The position numbers were made by a program, and so were the translations under genes. A stretch of 63,095 nucleotides of DNA, the filler included, from Sphacelaria rigidula (lineage: Eukaryota): NCBI GenBank assembly GCA_964200075.2. It is 5 parts of 5 records of this genome, joined end to end, with 100 filler letters (N's around TTAATTAATTAA, not from the genome) between each part and the next. Parts side by side here need not be neighbours in the genome. Positions count along the whole stretch, not along the records: positions 50,558 to 63,095 come from CAXNAA020003654.1; 4 more parts are not named here. One strand, written 5' to 3'. Shown here one piece after another: positions 52,222 to 63,095 of this stretch. Position 1 is the stretch's first letter; each line of letters starts with the position of its first letter. The notes under the pieces are model-generated. The model ran no database searches. It was not told where the DNA came from and was given only the letters and a program-made list of their open reading frames with translations.

Positions 52222-55200
52222 TTACAACGAGCCTAAGCTTCTCCTCGCCACATGCGCGAAACTAGGTGGGGTCTTCTTCGACGAAGACACCATGTTAGCC
52301 TCTACATCACCAGCATTACCAACACCCCTCTTGTGCTTGGCGGCCCCCGAACCGCCGCTTGCGTTGCTGGCGTGATTTTGACGCGTGTCAGATAGCAGTG
52401 CCGTCACTGAAGTGGCAGTTATTGTTTCGCCGTGACTGGCCAAGTCGAGAGCCGCCACAGCGAGAAGAGGTTTCGGATACTGACCCTCGCCCTCCCGGTG
52501 GGCTGCCTGTACAAGGTAAGGAACAGTTTATCGGGCCCCAAAACGCAAAAGCAGCGTTGAGGGGAGGGGGAGGGTGTATGTGCTCATTGAACCAACCATG
52601 TTTCAACAAACTTTGTCAAGGCTGGGATACTCAAAATCAAATGACAAATTCCACAGGTACACAAGTTGGGTACAACGGAACTTTCGCAAGTGCGGATTCT
52701 CGCTTCTCGATGAAATCAAAATAGAAGAGGAAAAAAAATAAAGGCCGAGAGGGGTGGTATTCCCCGTCACCAGTCAAGATACGGATATGTAGGCGCCGCA
52801 GCCCCGCTTACGGGACGAGCGATGAAACTTGATTTCGTCCGACACTCGTGAAAGAAGCTGACGGTGGTTAGCATCGACTACGCACGTGCTTGTTTTGCAA
52901 TCACGGACGATGCGTTTTCGGGAAAACGGACCTTGGGACGGCATGCGGAGAACGGGGGGGCTTTAGTGTCGCAGTTATCTCAATGTGCACATGTGGCGCC
53001 ACGTATCCCACAATGAGGACGCCCATGTATTCACGAAATCCTAGGGTAGTGTACGAGCGAACACTGTCTACCCTCGATAGGCGCCGCTTGATAGAACCTC
53101 ACATTTCGCCTTTGAGAAGCGGATGTTCAAGAATTAGTCGCGAAACAAGCTTTTGCCCTTCACCCAAATCGCCTGCTGACACAATCTCCTCTTCTTACCC
53201 CCTGATTCTCCGAAACTTTGCAGCAGCGCACCTCTATCTCGCGGGCAACACACGGAGCTCCCGCGGCACGGAACCATATCCTCGATCGGCCACGGTGAAT
53301 CCCAAGCCCCGATTCCTTGGGTTTGCCTGATCTTCCCGTGTCGGCGTATCCCTCGCTTAGGTGGTGGTACGACCAGCCGTGTTTATCTGTCGAACCTCCC
53401 TCACCATCCTTGACGAAATCCCAATCGTGCAGCCACACAAGACCCGGGGCTCTGCAACGTCACCATTTGACACCATGTGGTACGAAATGGATGGGGGGCA
53501 GGAGGGCGGGGGGCGAAATAGACGTGGGGTGTCAAGGTATATGGCCAAGGGGTTAACACAGGCGATTCTTGGATCATCTCACAAATCAAATTTACTTTAT
53601 TCAACAGAAAAGAGATAATAAGCGTGACTCTCGAAAGGCAGAATAGTCACGAGTAACAGTCCTACAAGCGACAGAAGGAACATGTCCAACGTGTATCCAT
53701 CGAAGTTTAAATCCGCCATCCATACTTGTGAGCCTTTCAACGCAAGTGTCAGGCAAACCTTGGCACCGCGAATACCGTAACACCACTTACGGTGGGGGTT
53801 TTGCGTTATTTGGCCGTCCTGCACCCAGCCCGGGAACCCTTGTCCATCTGGGAGGACCGCAGAAATGGGAGCAAAAGGACAAGAAATGCGCAGATGTAGG
53901 TTGCGTGAGAGCATTCATCATAACAGAGCCGCTCGTGGTCAATCCACTCGGATTTGGGTCAGACGCGTGCTCTGGTACTTGGGGTGTTTGCTTGAGTCGG
54001 CTCACTCACTTGTCTAGCACAGGAACGCGCTGCTCTTGTTGACGATGTCTCACTAACCAGATACCTGCATCTACGTGGCCGTGCAGCATCCGCCTCATGG
54101 CTCCCAGCCTTACCTACAGAAGCATCCAAGGGAACAGAGAGCGAAGGTCAAGGGATGAAGATCAAGGCCGAGTTCGGTTTCGAACACATACGACTGTCGC
54201 ACAGGAAGTGGGAGTGGTAGTGGTAGTGGTAGTGGTAGTGCTAGTGGTAGTGGTCATGAGATAGAAGCACCGCACGTAACCAAGCAGAAACACTTGCGCA
54301 GGGGCTCGAGAGCGTGAAAACATGAAATAGGAAAGAAAAAAACAAGGAAAGGAATACAAGCAAGTGTTTGACTCATTAGGCGTTTCGAGAGGGAGCGGTA
54401 GATCTGGGAAAACGCGAGTCACATGAAGCGAACATCCTGGTGTCGTCGGAGCGACATTCTCCACCTAAACATTTGCCCCCCCACCACCAGCGGGGTACTT
54501 GTAGAAATGAAGGAAACATGGTCGACATCGACATCGACATCAACTTCGCGAATCTTTGTGTGACCGACTACAACACACTTACAGGTTACACGTCTCGGAA
54601 GGAAGAAATTTTTCCATGAAAACGTTTTTGCAGAACCCAAACAGAATCTCAACTTGTCCATCATTTTTGCCACCCGGATAAATCTCCCCGAAAGTTTCCA
54701 CAGTTCCCCCACATTACTTTGAGAACTCGTTGCTACGCTCGGCTTAGACCTATGTTCGCATCTACCCAAATTGTCTCACCCCCCTGTCAGGCACCAGTCC
54801 CTCTTCAATCAGGCTGCGGTACTTGGGCTGAACATCTCCAAATGTAAGGAAGCCGCATTTTTTATTGCCGCAGGACGCGCCGTGTTGCCGTGTTGGATTC
54901 ACCAGTGGACCCGGCCGCGGAATATTCGCGGATAAAGCACGCGCAGGAGCATACACATATGCTAGTATCAGTTCAAAGTTCTGAATACAGATTAGCACAA
55001 CAAGGAACACCCGCTGCGTGGAGTGCGTTACCGTGGTTGACCAAACATTTGTTTCGAATTTCGAATGGGATCAACTCGGGGTGGGATGGGGGAACCCGAG
55101 GCTTACTGGTGGGTCGCTTGGCGGGTCGATTCACGAAACATCAGATGAGGACAACAATGATATCGGCAGTCAGTCCATTTGATGAGGCAATGTACGCCAC

Positions 55201-58200
55201 TGCAATACTTTGTGTATTGGTTATCGTACGTGGTTGCTCCTCCAGTAGAGATCCCAAATTCATTGCGGTCTCATTGGGAAAATGCATTACATGATCGATG
55301 CACTGCTTCTCCACCCGCCCACCTCCGCGCTGTTTCGGCGAAGTGGTTCCCCCTGAAATCTCCAAAACGCTTCCGAAGTGATGCAGCCAGGTGCCCCGTA
55401 CTTGCCACGAAACCGCAGCCATGCAGGCATGCTCCCCTTCGGATGATCGAGCACGACGGGCAACGGCTGCCAGACCTTCCCGTCTCCATTGCATATGTCG
55501 TCTCCCAGACCCCCAAAGCGACGCCATCTGAGCAACGACACAGAAATAGCACGCCGTTGTCGGGTTGCCATCATAACCGTCCCTTGCGGGGTTCCGATTA
55601 TGTCCAAGCCTCCAGAACGTGAGGTCGAGCTGCTCTACATACAACCAAGACAATACACAAAAGGGGGTCAGAACCATCACCATCATCATGCTGGAGGAGA
55701 TCGTGACGCTGTACGCCGCCCTTGACTCCTGGTTTTAAAATACCGCACACTCCATCGCGTCAAGGTAAAATGTTATCTGTACACGTGTTGATATTGCACG
55801 CCACCTCTCGTCCGAAGAAGTACATCCTGCACTGCATTCTCACCTCACCTTTTGGCCATATGGTAACTGGCATGCCCATCCCTGGCCGGGTAAACCACCG
55901 CTCGAGTACCAACACGGCTCGCGCCAGTGCCAATAACACCCGCCTCCCTGTCGTTTTGTCCGACAGATAGCTCACTATTCTTCTCTACCGAGCCGGCCCT
56001 AGCTAGCGGATCTTTAGTTTGTGGATCATTCTCCAGCTCCAGGAATTCGCGTTGGGAGGCAGGCACCTCGGGAGCCACACCGGGATGTATTTTCGCTTCT
56101 AATTCCAGCACCTGGTCAAGAGCGCGGTAAAAACAAGCTAGGGTCAATATCTAAACTGAAACGATCACATTAGACAAAGGATGTACATCATGGGTACACT
56201 GCATCAGCTATTGGTCGACTCACAGCGAGGGGAGTGACATATATAATGGGATCATTTTCAATGATCCATGGAAATCAAAAACGTCAGGAAGGATTCGCAC
56301 TGGCCCATGTATGAAGTATGCTTCATAGAGGACACCGCTGCTCCAAAATCCGTACTTTTGCCCCAGAACCGTCGCAGAGGGGCGGGAGGACGGAAGGGGG
56401 GAAGGGGCTACGTATGCTACGATGCTGATAGTGATCATGTCCATGTCCTACCTGTATTCCTACATAAATTCGGCTTTGCTTCTGGGCTCCATCTTCCTCT
56501 CTCTTCTAGCTTCTCTCTTGTTATCCGCTCTCCATCATTTTCTTTTTTTTTCTCTTTCCCTCTTTAGTTCAATACTGTAGAAGTGTTTGTGTCTAGCTCC
56601 TGTAGATTTCGTGGGTGACGACTACTGCTCAAACCGTGTAGAATGGTTTCCAAATAGCTTTCACGGCATTTTTCGGGGCAGGTTTTCGCACGGCCTTCTC
56701 AGCTGAGGTCATGCTACACGGGGTGACCATTTCTTGTTCCCTGTTTTTCCTTGTCATCACCTTCGTTATTTTCATGGGACCAGTTCTTCGAGTTCTTTTT
56801 TTCCTACTTTATGTCTGGCCTCTTGATGTTTCGCTTGTCTCTCGTTTTCGTTCAGTTTACTCCATTTGTCCTATATTCATTTTTTTTCCTTCAGGAAGTG
56901 CTTCGGTTTTGTTTACCTTGCGTACGTCTATTTTGTGGATGATGACCAATGGTAACCAGTTAGCTCGGTTAGATCCATGACTACCTCGAGGACCAGTCAA
57001 TGTGCAACAATCAATGTATCAAATCAGATCAAATCACATCACACATTAGTGCTCTATTGTCATAGTTCCTCTGTCCCACAAGTAAAGGTACCTAAATTTG
57101 TACGGGCCCTTCACGATGTCCGATCGTTTTTTTTTTTAATGAACTCTACGGTGTTTTTGGAGTTAAGAAAATGTGTTTAAAATTTGCAGCTCGTGCTTGA
57201 ACCATGCCGCCGAACGGCTGCGAAAAAAGTTGGTCTGTCCAAAAACGGCCATTTTTCGCTCGTTTTCTCAGGAAAGCATGATAGACCCGGGAGCACGAAA
57301 AATCGCTAAAAATGGGCCAGAAGATGTAAAAATCGCGAAACGACCATTGATTTTGGACATGTCCGTGATATTAACCTACGTACGCCCCATCCAACATTTT
57401 GTCAGCATGTAATTGATAGTGCTCGAGACGTGAAAACGTCCAAACATTGTCAATGATGGGGGGAAAATGGATCAAAAAGGGTCAAAATCGGGTATATTGT
57501 GATCAATTTTTAGTACAGAAATATAGCTTCGTTTTTTTTTTCCCCGACTAGCTTCGTCTGCGCTTTGCCTTTCTAACGAACCCAATCACAACATCGTCGC
57601 CACCACTGGCATACCTAAATAATATATCGCCGTTAGGTACCTTTACTTATGGGACAGAGGAAGTACAGAAAGGGCAGTTGCCACGCCGGCGGGGGGGTAA
57701 TTTGCTAGAACTGCTGCACGTACTCATGTACCATGGTGATCGCACTGTACATAGACAATACACGAGCTTGCCGAGCAGACATGGTGCGGAAGGCACTCAA
57801 CTAGAATGAGGATGCTTAGCTTCCCCATCAAAATATTGGGAGGCTGTGACTTGTGTTAGAACATCCACGAGTCCCCTTGGTACATAGTGCACTACACCTT
57901 GATCTTCTACGCGGGTGATCGTTGCCAAACCACATCCCTTCTCCCACGTGTATCATGACAAAAGTCAGTGTACTGTCGCTGGTTGGCTACTGCGAGCATT
58001 TACGTGGAACCTGGAACACATTCCGACGCCGTATCATGAAGAGTATGGTCAGGGTTAGGGGCGGCGAACCTCTTGCACCAATTTTCTTCCAAGATGTTTC
58101 CATCATTGCACGTGTCATCACATTATTCGACATGGGCTATTATTCCCAAGACCGCGTGCTTGCTCTCTGCATCTTGCTAGGGTTCGAGATGATGATTCGG

Positions 58201-61200
58201 CGAGATACTGCTACTTGTACATCGGACAACGTTTGTGTCAGCCTCGCCTGTCGATAGAAGGCCTCCGATGGGATCCATTTGCCCTCTCCCGTGCTGTGTG
58301 CGGCGAAGAATACCTCGAGGACCCTGTCACCACCAACGAACGGGCATTAAATCCAGACCCGACGTCTAGCAATCGTTTTCATCATGCCGTTTCTTGTGAA
58401 CGAAAAAAAGTCAAAATGACCACTGAAAGCCCTCGTTGGGTAAATCGTTCATCGAAAGGATTCTGCAGTGTCCACTCTCCGCCGCCGAGCAATGCGATGC
58501 TTTCTTCTGCATGACCACAAGAACCACACGGAGAGCATGGGCAACAGTCACCGATCTGTAACAAATGCCGATTCTCCGATTCGTTTTTTTTTTCCGAGAG
58601 TCATACTATAGTTTTGTTGCCAACACTCGACTGCGGTATACAACAAGATACCAAGTAGGGGTTTTTTCCAGCTCAACAAAACGACGGGGATATGAATAAA
58701 AAGCATCAGACAACATGCAGTCACTCATATAATCGGTGCATAATGTATAGTGTTTCACTTGAAAAAACCAACGCCCCAATACCCCTTAATTTCGAGTACA
58801 GTACTCACGTCATGCTTAGCGCATCCACTCGAACGGTCACGTGTTCCAGGTCCCCAGTGTGCGCTCCAACAGTGGTGCCGGGCACGGCGAAGGTTGTTCC
58901 GTTGTACGCATACAGAAAGGCGTACTTCAACTCGTACACGGAGCCCACACCTATTTCAATGATCGATTTGCACGTGCAATAATACTGGATTATTTTTTTT
59001 CAAATCAACCAACTCGCTTGGGTTCTGAAGCTCTCCCGAAATCATGTGCGAATAGTGTTTCTTCATCTTCATTTCTTCCCTTCTTCTCGGGTCATGCGCA
59101 AGCCCTCACATCGGTAGAGGGCGAGAGACCAAGCGCCGGCCGCAACCAAAGGCTTGCAGTTGTTTTGCTTTTGCTCATATCTCCTTCGCAGGCGTGCCCA
59201 GTATCTGATGCCACCGCTCTGAAAATGACATGTACGCGTTGTGTTGTGAAAAGCTCAGGCCCTCGGGGGTAGAAACAACTTGAGAAGTGTGTAATTAATC
59301 TATCCGCATTTTTAGAAACTTGTCAATTTGGTGGCGAAGTCGAAGAACAAAACTCCGGCCTCGCCCTGCTCAACATTTCGGCACTTGCCTTTGGCACAAC
59401 ATCCTACACGCCAACAACCAAACAACCAAGAAACGACGAGAAAGGCGACGACGACCACGACCACGCGAAGCCTGAGTTACACGGCAAAGGCAGCATCTAG
59501 CAGTGCTGCGAACCCCATCCAGCCACGGCTGACAGTATTGTCGGGGGCACGAGCCACGAGCAACCACCCTACGTACACAAACCGGTCATCGAGGATTCTG
59601 CTGCTACGATACATCTCTCCGCATATAGATTCACTCGTCGTTAACTTCAATCATGACCGCCCCGCAAAAACAAATAGCTGCTGCCCTGAAACCGTGCTGG
59701 AAGTCACGTCCATCGGTGACAAGTACAGACAGGCATACATGGGACTGTACTGTATGTGTTCAAGTGGTGTACTCCAACCGGTACGGGATACGGACCGCAC
59801 TGGCTGCACGCTCTTATTTGCATTCATGGTTGGTTTGACTCAAAGCGTCTTTCTCCACAACAACGACCAGTCAGCAACACGCGCTTTCCGTCGTTCGTGA
59901 GCCCCAGGTTCCAAAGGGTTACAGCTGCAATTTTCCGGACGGGTTTGTTTTCCCTGTCTGCCCATATCTCCGTCGCTTGTAGGATATGATGTAGGTGGGT
60001 TTCTGGAAAATGATCCGAGGGGGGATTCTAGGCTATTCAATACTACAGTGTGATTTGCATTGCACTACATGCTATACCGGTACAAAGACGGGGGCGTTGC
60101 GTTACCCACTCGAATGGAAAGCCTACAGTACGTTAAATCAAGACGCGTCCTAATGATACTGTAAACAACATTTTTCTGCGCAGTACGGAGTACTCGAACT
60201 GTTGACCTGCACTCACCCCCTCGTCTGAGAAAAGGAGCCATCATGGAGTCATCTAGACGCTGAGCAAATGCGTAGCACGGCACCGTCGATAGGTCCCCTT
60301 TCTCTCCATCCCACAAGCAATCGTGTGGCTCCAACCTGCACAGCAATCCGGGTTTACAAGATCATCTCCAATTCACCGACAGAAATCACCGACCATTGCG
60401 GCAATTTTGCCTGTTGTATTCATTTTGTCGATCGCACGAGCATGCCGATTATTGTTGTTGTTTGTTCATATCAAGAACCTTTCCGATATCTACGCAGTAC
60501 TTCTCACCTCCATGTTGGGCATACGATGCGGACGCCTTCCGTGGTCACAGGCTAACTACCAAAAATCAGGTATAAGAGAGTAAAAAAAATAGAATTAGAC
60601 CCAGAAAAGGACACAAACGCGATAGAAAAAATAAAAATGATGGTAGCCCCTTAAGATCCAGTGCCGCAAGCGACCATTCGGACTCAATGACACGGCCATT
60701 CTGTCAGTGATCGCCTTACTTTCTACGCCTTTCCCTCCTTGATAGTAGCCCGTCGTCTCAAGATCAACCCATCCTTTCCCCCCGCTCATGCCTGACAATT
60801 ACAACTACGTATCGCGTATTGAATCAGCTCTCCCGGACCGTGCCAAAGTTCCTCGGATTTTCCTTTGCTACTAACATCGTCACATTTTCAACGGCGGGAA
60901 TCGGATATTCCACAGAGAAAAAAACACTTCTACCCGGATTCGAACCCTCGCCCTTCCGACCTAACAGACGCAAGGTGCACCGATTACATCACGGGGCTTT
61001 GGTTTGTAAAATGAACACTGTGTCGACAGCGTCAAAGAGTGTATATATACGCACACATGCATACATCACGTCCGAGGCGGGACATGCAGAACACCTGGAA
61101 TAGAGCATATGCTACGCCCGATGTAAACTAGATGAAGGCCAAAACGATGCTCATCCTACCTAAACCGGAAAATATCGCCGGCTTTCTTTTGCTCATCCAA

Positions 61201-61593
61201 TAACACCCCCGTGGTCCAGCCTTGCGTTCCCGCAGGCGTCGGTACCACGCTCCAGCCTGGAGGGATCCGCCAGCCCTTCCTTTTGCCGCACAGTCCACAT
61301 ACGCTATCCCCGCTGATGGCGCTTACTTTTGTCTTGCCTTGCGGGAGGGTGCCGTCCGCGCCATGTCCTGTCGTGCATTGAGAGGGAAGCTATCGTGAGG
61401 GAACCGAATCGTGGAAGAGAACCAAATGTATGGAGAGGGAACCAACAGACCACTCTTGACTCACCGATATCACCGGGAAGGGTCGACTTACAAAGCACAA
61501 GCTCCAGGTGGAATGTGTCGGCAAAACTGAAAGGAGGTTACACGACAAGCTCCACGTTCGGTGCCGTAAATGGGGTGTGAACCAATAAGCAAT

Positions 61594-61625
<32 letters not shown>

Positions 61626-62095
61626 AAACACCCAACACCCAACAACGGAGCCCACCCCAAAATGTTCAACACGCTCCGTGCCTTCAATTTTCAAAATGCC
61701 GCAAAGATGACGGGACAAATTGACCTTTTGGAGGGCCACGAAAAATATTCTCAGCATCATACTTGACTCTCCATTGGCGAAAATCCACGAATTCACGCCC
61801 CCTGCTTCTTCACCTCCGACGGGAGCATCGTCATCCCCCACCCTTACACTGCCAGCGATTTCGTCGACTTGCTCTGGATCATCATCCACTGACGCAACGT
61901 CCACCTCCAAGGCAGGGGTACAAGGGTCATCGTCAAGTTCGCTGCCGGTTCCATTATGAAGGTTGCGGTTACGCCTGAGATTCCTCAGTCTTTCAAGCTC
62001 GTGTCGTGGGATTTCTTTTCTCAGCAGCAATGACGAAGATATGAAGCTCTCCGCCGACACTGGGAAGTGCCTTTCCGATGCGTCGAAGTGGAGCA
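52222..62095 (-). CDS. Multi-exon Vps62-domain protein with a C-terminal DysF-like domain; first exon not located
   Basis: Exons: 61725-62095, 61492-61526, 61160-61303, 60217-60335, 58809-58950, 58248-58323, 55849-56111, 55323-55527, (55032-55101 and 54780-54961 tentative), 54010-54113, 53791-53847, 53199-53451, 52222-52506. Vps62 motifs: VLHFDASERHFP, YAFLYAYNG, GAHTGDLEHVTVR, VFFAAH..GEGKW, VVYPARDGHASY, PAWLRFRGKYG. Confidence 0.85.
56600..57040 (+). mobile_element. 3' end of a LINE/SINE-like retroposon with an (AATCA)n tail
   Basis: Ends ..CAATGTGCAACAATCAATGTATCAAATCAGATCAAATCA. Related tails at 14265-14325(+), 3150-3230(-) and 40514-40575(-). Left boundary approximate. Confidence 0.55.
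57065..57663. mobile_element. 599-bp Stowaway/Tc1-mariner-type MITE with TA TSD
   Basis: TA-GTTCCTCTGTCCCACAAGTAAAGGTACCTAA ... TTAGGTACCTTTACTTATGGGACAGAGGAAG-TA. Confidence 0.9.
60820..60998 (-). mobile_element. tRNA-derived SINE-like repeat
   Basis: Minus strand GCCCCGTGATGTAATCGG...GAGGGTTCGAATCC (A and B boxes). Confidence 0.55.
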
Positions 62096-62518
62096 CTGGA
62101 CAAAATGAATGCACCAGACGTGTCTGCGGTTTTCAGGCCGGACGGGGAAAGGAGAAAATCAACCCTAGAATTAACCATGATAGCCGAATACACACCTGTA
62201 GCCTGTATTTGATTCAAAAAGGATGGAATAATCCACGACGTGATAGGTGCTACAGAACCATTCACCATACCACTCCACCCCACCCATCCTGGTAGTGCAT
62301 GTTCACGTCATCAGCTTCGCTTCGGACTACATCAAGATTCAGCGTGAAAAATAGCAGCAGGTGATGTAGAGAAGCATTCGAAGGTGCTTCGGATAGGACA
62401 CGTGCCTTAGAGTACCCGATTCGTGACTCCCCGATACTCTAGGGCACGCAAGGTATCGTCTGCAGAAATACTGTGAGAATCCTGGTATGCCCGAAATATC
62501 CTCAAGATGAAATAGCCA

Positions 62519-62896
62519 GTGTGTGTGTGTGTTGTTGTCTTGTGTTGTCGTCCCATCTATTCTGGACGCCGGTCTACACCTCTCGGTATATGTGGGCGCA
62601 TCAGCCGGGGTCACACAGGAGGAAGATCAACACAAGAGTTTTTATTTTATTTTTTGTTTGTTTTTGGGATTCTACCTTCCTTCCGCGGTGCTTGCCTTTA
62701 CTTTTTATCGCGAGAGGGGTTCAGCAGTCCCTTTCCCTCGTTGACCGTTGAGTCGACTTTTGTGTACCCACGACATGTCGCTCTCCACTGTTTGGCATGG
62801 TGTGAGAAAAAATCTCAGATCGCTCCGAGATTTGAACCCACAACCCAACCGTCAGGAGGTCTCGAGGTTACCAACTGAGCCACCGGGGCGACCGGC
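62519..62896 (-). mobile_element. tRNA-derived SINE with a (CA)n tail
   Basis: Head GCCGGTCGCCCCGGTGGCTCAGTTGG...GGGTTCAAATC (box A and box B), ending in a CA-rich tail. Confidence 0.75.
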
Positions 62897-63095
62897 ATCG
62901 ACACAGAGTACCCACGAGTATGTTGTACCTTGCTTTACCATAATCACTATTGAAAGAGTTCGCCCCCTTCAGCCTTCAGATCGCTACACGCACTTGGACA
63001 TCAGTAGGGCAGGTGTTGGGAGAGAGGGGGGGCGTACTCATTTGTTGCTTGCCTTAGTCATTTGACCATTGACCACGCATCCCTTTCGAGACGGA

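Noticed and set aside
54210-54255. Microsatellites (GTAGTG)n here, (GTACT)n at ~15127-15165, (AAC)n at ~61594-61625
   Set aside because: Ordinary simple repeats; the poly-T, poly-V and poly-L ORFs over them are spurious
62800-62896. tRNA genes (also 60920-60998, 45610-45684, 46497-46570, 10560-10630)
   Set aside because: A/B boxes are present but no intact acceptor and anticodon stems; better explained as SINE heads
1-63095. Fanzor/TnpB, tyrosine recombinase, Helitron Rep or giant-virus genes
   Set aside because: No RuvC, HUH, recombinase or viral hallmark motifs recognised in the ORF track; highly decayed or finely spliced versions cannot be excluded without a search

Overview
Eukaryotic, intron- and transposon-rich DNA; its composition and repeat types look like a brown alga or other stramenopile (inference). 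The window is not one locus. Four identical 100-bp spacers (N44-TTAATTAATTAA-N44) split it into five blocks of 12540, 12540, 12539, 12538 and 12538 bp, as expected for size-sorted unplaced contigs joined together. Block 1 holds most of a minus-strand alpha/beta hydrolase gene (monoglyceride lipase-like). Block 2 is degenerate transposon DNA with a 42-bp array and a ~840-bp foldback. Block 3 holds a dead Ty3/Gypsy element and a non-coding LTR-bounded element. Block 4 holds a mitochondrial phosphate carrier gene with a 7.8-kb transposon-filled intron. Block 5 holds a minus-strand multi-exon gene that I reconstruct as a Vps62 domain fused to a dysferlin (DysF)-like domain, with a probable GC-AG intron. 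The best leads are that fusion gene, a GAC...GTC MITE family with 4-bp target duplications, the non-autonomous LTR element, and the 42-bp arrays and foldbacks. I found no CRISPR array, Fanzor/TnpB or viral gene. All calls were made by eye, without searches.
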